Of a stretch of 64,000 nucleotides of DNA, positions 61,994 through 64,000 are shown in pieces. Source of the DNA: an uncultured Gemmatimonadales bacterium (GTDB lineage Bacteria; Gemmatimonadota; Gemmatimonadetes; Gemmatimonadales; Gemmatimonadaceae); contig CAWBZV010000003.1 of assembly GCA_963793305.1 (NCBI GenBank), forward strand, positions 1,472,001-1,536,000, given 5' to 3'. Under the pieces are notes generated by a model, which worked only from the letters and a program-made list of their open reading frames with translations, was not told the origin of the DNA and did no database searches. The position numbers were made by a program, and so were the translations under genes. How positions within the stretch are numbered: the stretch's first letter is position 1; every line of letters starts with the position of its first letter.

Positions 61994-62125
61994 TCAGCAG
62001 CTGTTGCCGGAACCCGCGGTAACAGCGCCACCACAATCAGCACTCGTAGGACTCGTCGGCGACGTGCACGCGGCGAGCGCGATGACGGTCGCGAGGATGA
62101 CGAGACGGGCGGTGCGTTGTGACAT
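61994..62125 (-). CDS. 43-aa lipopeptide precursor (absent from the ORF track): MSQRTARLVILATVIALAA-CTSPTSPTSADCGGAVTAGSGNSC
   Basis: GGAGGT RBS (62131-62136) 5 nt before ATG; basic n-region, hydrophobic h-region, LAAC lipobox; TGA at 61994-61996. Confidence 0.85.
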   Translation of the reverse strand: MSQRTARLVILATVIALAACTSPTSPTSADCGGAVTAGSGNSC

Positions 62126-62188
62126 GAACAACCTCCAGTTGGGGTGAGCCCCAACGGTAGGCCGTCATGGCGCTATCGCATATGGTCG

Positions 62189-63322
62189 TTAGGTAGCTGT
62201 CGCCTGTCCGTGCAGGCCCGTCACATCGATGATCACGCCCATGTACTCGGGCTCGCCGAGCGCATTCACAGTGGTGTGAGCCGCGACATGGATGGTGCGA
62301 ACCGTGCCATCACCCGTGAGAAATCGCACGTCATGATCGAGATCGCGACGCCGTTTGGCGGCGGTCGCGACGATTTCGTCCACCCAGGCCTGGTCTTCCG
62401 GATACACGCGTTGTCGAAGCGCCTCAACTGAAGGCTCCGGCTTCTCCGGATCGAGATCGAGAATCCGCAATGCTTCCTTGGAGCACAGGATCCGCCCCGA
62501 CGGGACGTTCCAGCCCCAGCTGCCGGTATGCGTCAGCCGTTGCCCTTCGGCGAGAAACGCCTCGCTGCGTCGCAGCTCTTCCTCGGCCCGCTTCCGGTCG
62601 CCGATGTCCTCGACAACGACGATGCCAAAGCACGGCGCGCCGAGCTCATCGCGGACGAGCGAGACCGCGAGGTTTGCCCAGACCACGCGGCCATCCTTGG
62701 CAAAGCAGCGTTTCTCCAGGCGGTACGAGTCGCGCTTGCCGTGCACGAGCTCCGTGAACACGTTCCAATCGGCTTCGCCCCGCGCCGGGTGCGTGATCTT
62801 CGTGAATTGGAAGGTGCGGAACTCCTGTTCGCTGTACCCGAAGAGGCTGCGGATCTGTCGATTCGTTTTGAACGCGTGGCCGCTCGCGTTCACGAGCGCG
62901 ATCCCGACCGCCGCTTCATCGAAGAGCGCGTGGAGCTGTCGCTCGCTGTCTCTGAGCGCCCGCTCGATTTTCACGCGCCTGGCATTGCTGGCCCAACTCA
63001 CCGCTCCAGCGCAGAGCACGAACACGGCGAGCCGCGGCAGCTGGTCGATGGCCACGGCCAATGAGCCGATGGGCGCCACGAAGAAATAGTCGACGGCGAT
63101 CGCGGCCAGCGCCGCCGCGAGCAACCCCACGCGCCATCCGCCACTCCAGGTCGCGCCGGCGACGGCGACGAGAAAGAGCGTCGTGGGATCGACGCTTGGA
63201 CGAAGCGCAATGGCGACCGCCAGCGCCAGCGTCGTCCATCCGAGCGCAGGCGCGTACCGCGCAACTTCGGTCCGCATGCGGACGACCGGCGCCTGCTGCT
63301 GCGCGATGACCATTTGCGTCAT
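62189..63322 (-). CDS. DUF4118-like TM sensor with two PAS/PAC domains and no output domain
   Basis: FLVAVAGATWSGGWRVGL...DYFFVAP; FDEAAVGIALV...ITHP...KDGRVVW...EDIGDRKRAEEELRRSE; GSWGW...VYPED...IDVT, then stop. Confidence 0.87.
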   Translation of the reverse strand: MTQMVIAQQQAPVVRMRTEVARYAPALGWTTLALAVAIALRPSVDPTTLFLVAVAGATWSGGWRVGLLAAALAAIAVDYFFVAPIGSLAVAIDQLPRLAVFVLCAGAVSWASNARRVKIERALRDSERQLHALFDEAAVGIALVNASGHAFKTNRQIRSLFGYSEQEFRTFQFTKITHPARGEADWNVFTELVHGKRDSYRLEKRCFAKDGRVVWANLAVSLVRDELGAPCFGIVVVEDIGDRKRAEEELRRSEAFLAEGQRLTHTGSWGWNVPSGRILCSKEALRILDLDPEKPEPSVEALRQRVYPEDQAWVDEIVATAAKRRRDLDHDVRFLTGDGTVRTIHVAAHTTVNALGEPEYMGVIIDVTGLHGQATAT

Positions 63323-63371
63323 GGCGCTCGAAATGGTAGCGTCATAACCCGTTACCAGCTAGCTCAGCCAT

Positions 63372-63983
63372 ATGCCGCTTTCGTATAACCGCATCGCGGG
63401 CCAGAGTATCGAACGCCTCGCCGCTTTGAGCGACGGGATATTCTCGGTCGGAATGACCTTGCTGGTGCTCGACCTGCACGTGCCGGCGCGCGAGGTCATT
63501 CACGGCGAGGCCGATCTCCTGCACGCCCTGGTTGGCATCGGGCCGCAGGTCGTGATCTACCTCATGAGTTTTCTCACGCTCGGCATTTTCTGGGTCGGAC
63601 AACAAACCCAGCTCAACTATCTCGAGCGCAGTTCCAAAGGCCTGACCTGGGTCAACCTCGGCTTCTTATTCGCGGTAACGTTGATGCCTTTCTCGACGCG
63701 GCTGCTCGGCGAGTTCCCGACCTATCGCATCGCGCTCATCGCCTACTGGCTCAACCTGTTCCTCCTCGGCCTCGCGAACTACCTGAGTTGGACGTGCTCG
63801 ACCAAGTTAAGCCTGACCAAGGCCGACATGCCGGCGGACGTGCCGCGCGCGATACAACGGCGGGTCCTGGGCTACCAGGCGCTCTACGCGATCGGCGCGT
63901 TGCTGTGCATCGTCGGCAACTCCTGGAGCATCGCGTTCATTGTGCTGGTGCAACTGACAGCCGTAATTGCTCTGCGCCGATAG
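63372..63983 (+). CDS. TMEM175 (DUF1211) family potassium channel-like protein
   Basis: RLAALSDGIFSVGMTLLVLDL, YLMSFLTLGIFW, WVNLGFLFAVTLMPFST. Confidence 0.9.
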   Translation: MPLSYNRIAGQSIERLAALSDGIFSVGMTLLVLDLHVPAREVIHGEADLLHALVGIGPQVVIYLMSFLTLGIFWVGQQTQLNYLERSSKGLTWVNLGFLFAVTLMPFSTRLLGEFPTYRIALIAYWLNLFLLGLANYLSWTCSTKLSLTKADMPADVPRAIQRRVLGYQALYAIGALLCIVGNSWSIAFIVLVQLTAVIALRR

Positions 63984-64000
63984 CGCCCTCGGGCGTGTCC

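Noticed and set aside
61852..62154. ORF-track 100-aa minus-strand ORF over the peptide gene
   Set aside because: No RBS, Arg/Ser-rich low-information sequence overlapping the TPR gene; the 43-aa ORF in another frame has a perfect RBS and lipobox

Overview
GC-rich, densely coding bacterial chromosome window. Gene style suggests Gemmatimonadota, which is an inference from protein content, not a search result. Most of it is housekeeping and envelope genes: RNA helicases, a caa3-type cytochrome c oxidase operon, leuS, nth, cyclophilin, dacB, efflux components, many peptidases, an OPT transporter, FadL with an SGNH lipase, and TMEM175. I saw no rRNA, tRNA, CRISPR array or transposase. Ten frame breaks in nine genes, plus one predicted break, are all +1 insertions in the same context (GAYG read as GAAYG). 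They are therefore almost certainly systematic sequencing errors, not pseudogenes. The most interesting locus is 59.3-63.3 kb: two tandem paralogous cytoplasmic TPR-like proteins face an unannotated 43-aa lipopeptide gene (61994..62125, minus strand, perfect RBS, C-terminal Cys-loop CGGAVTAGSGNSC). Upstream of the peptide gene is a membrane PAS-PAS sensor with no output domain. The layout resembles Rap-Phr/RRNPP peptide signalling but sits in an apparently diderm bacterium. Other candidates are an SF2 helicase with an apparently permuted motif Ia, a degenerate NAPRTase-like pseudoenzyme, a DUF6036-like nucleotidyltransferase pair with an inverted-repeat operator, and a coupled Ig/beta-helix lipoprotein, Ser/Thr kinase, TPR protein and beta-barrel operon.
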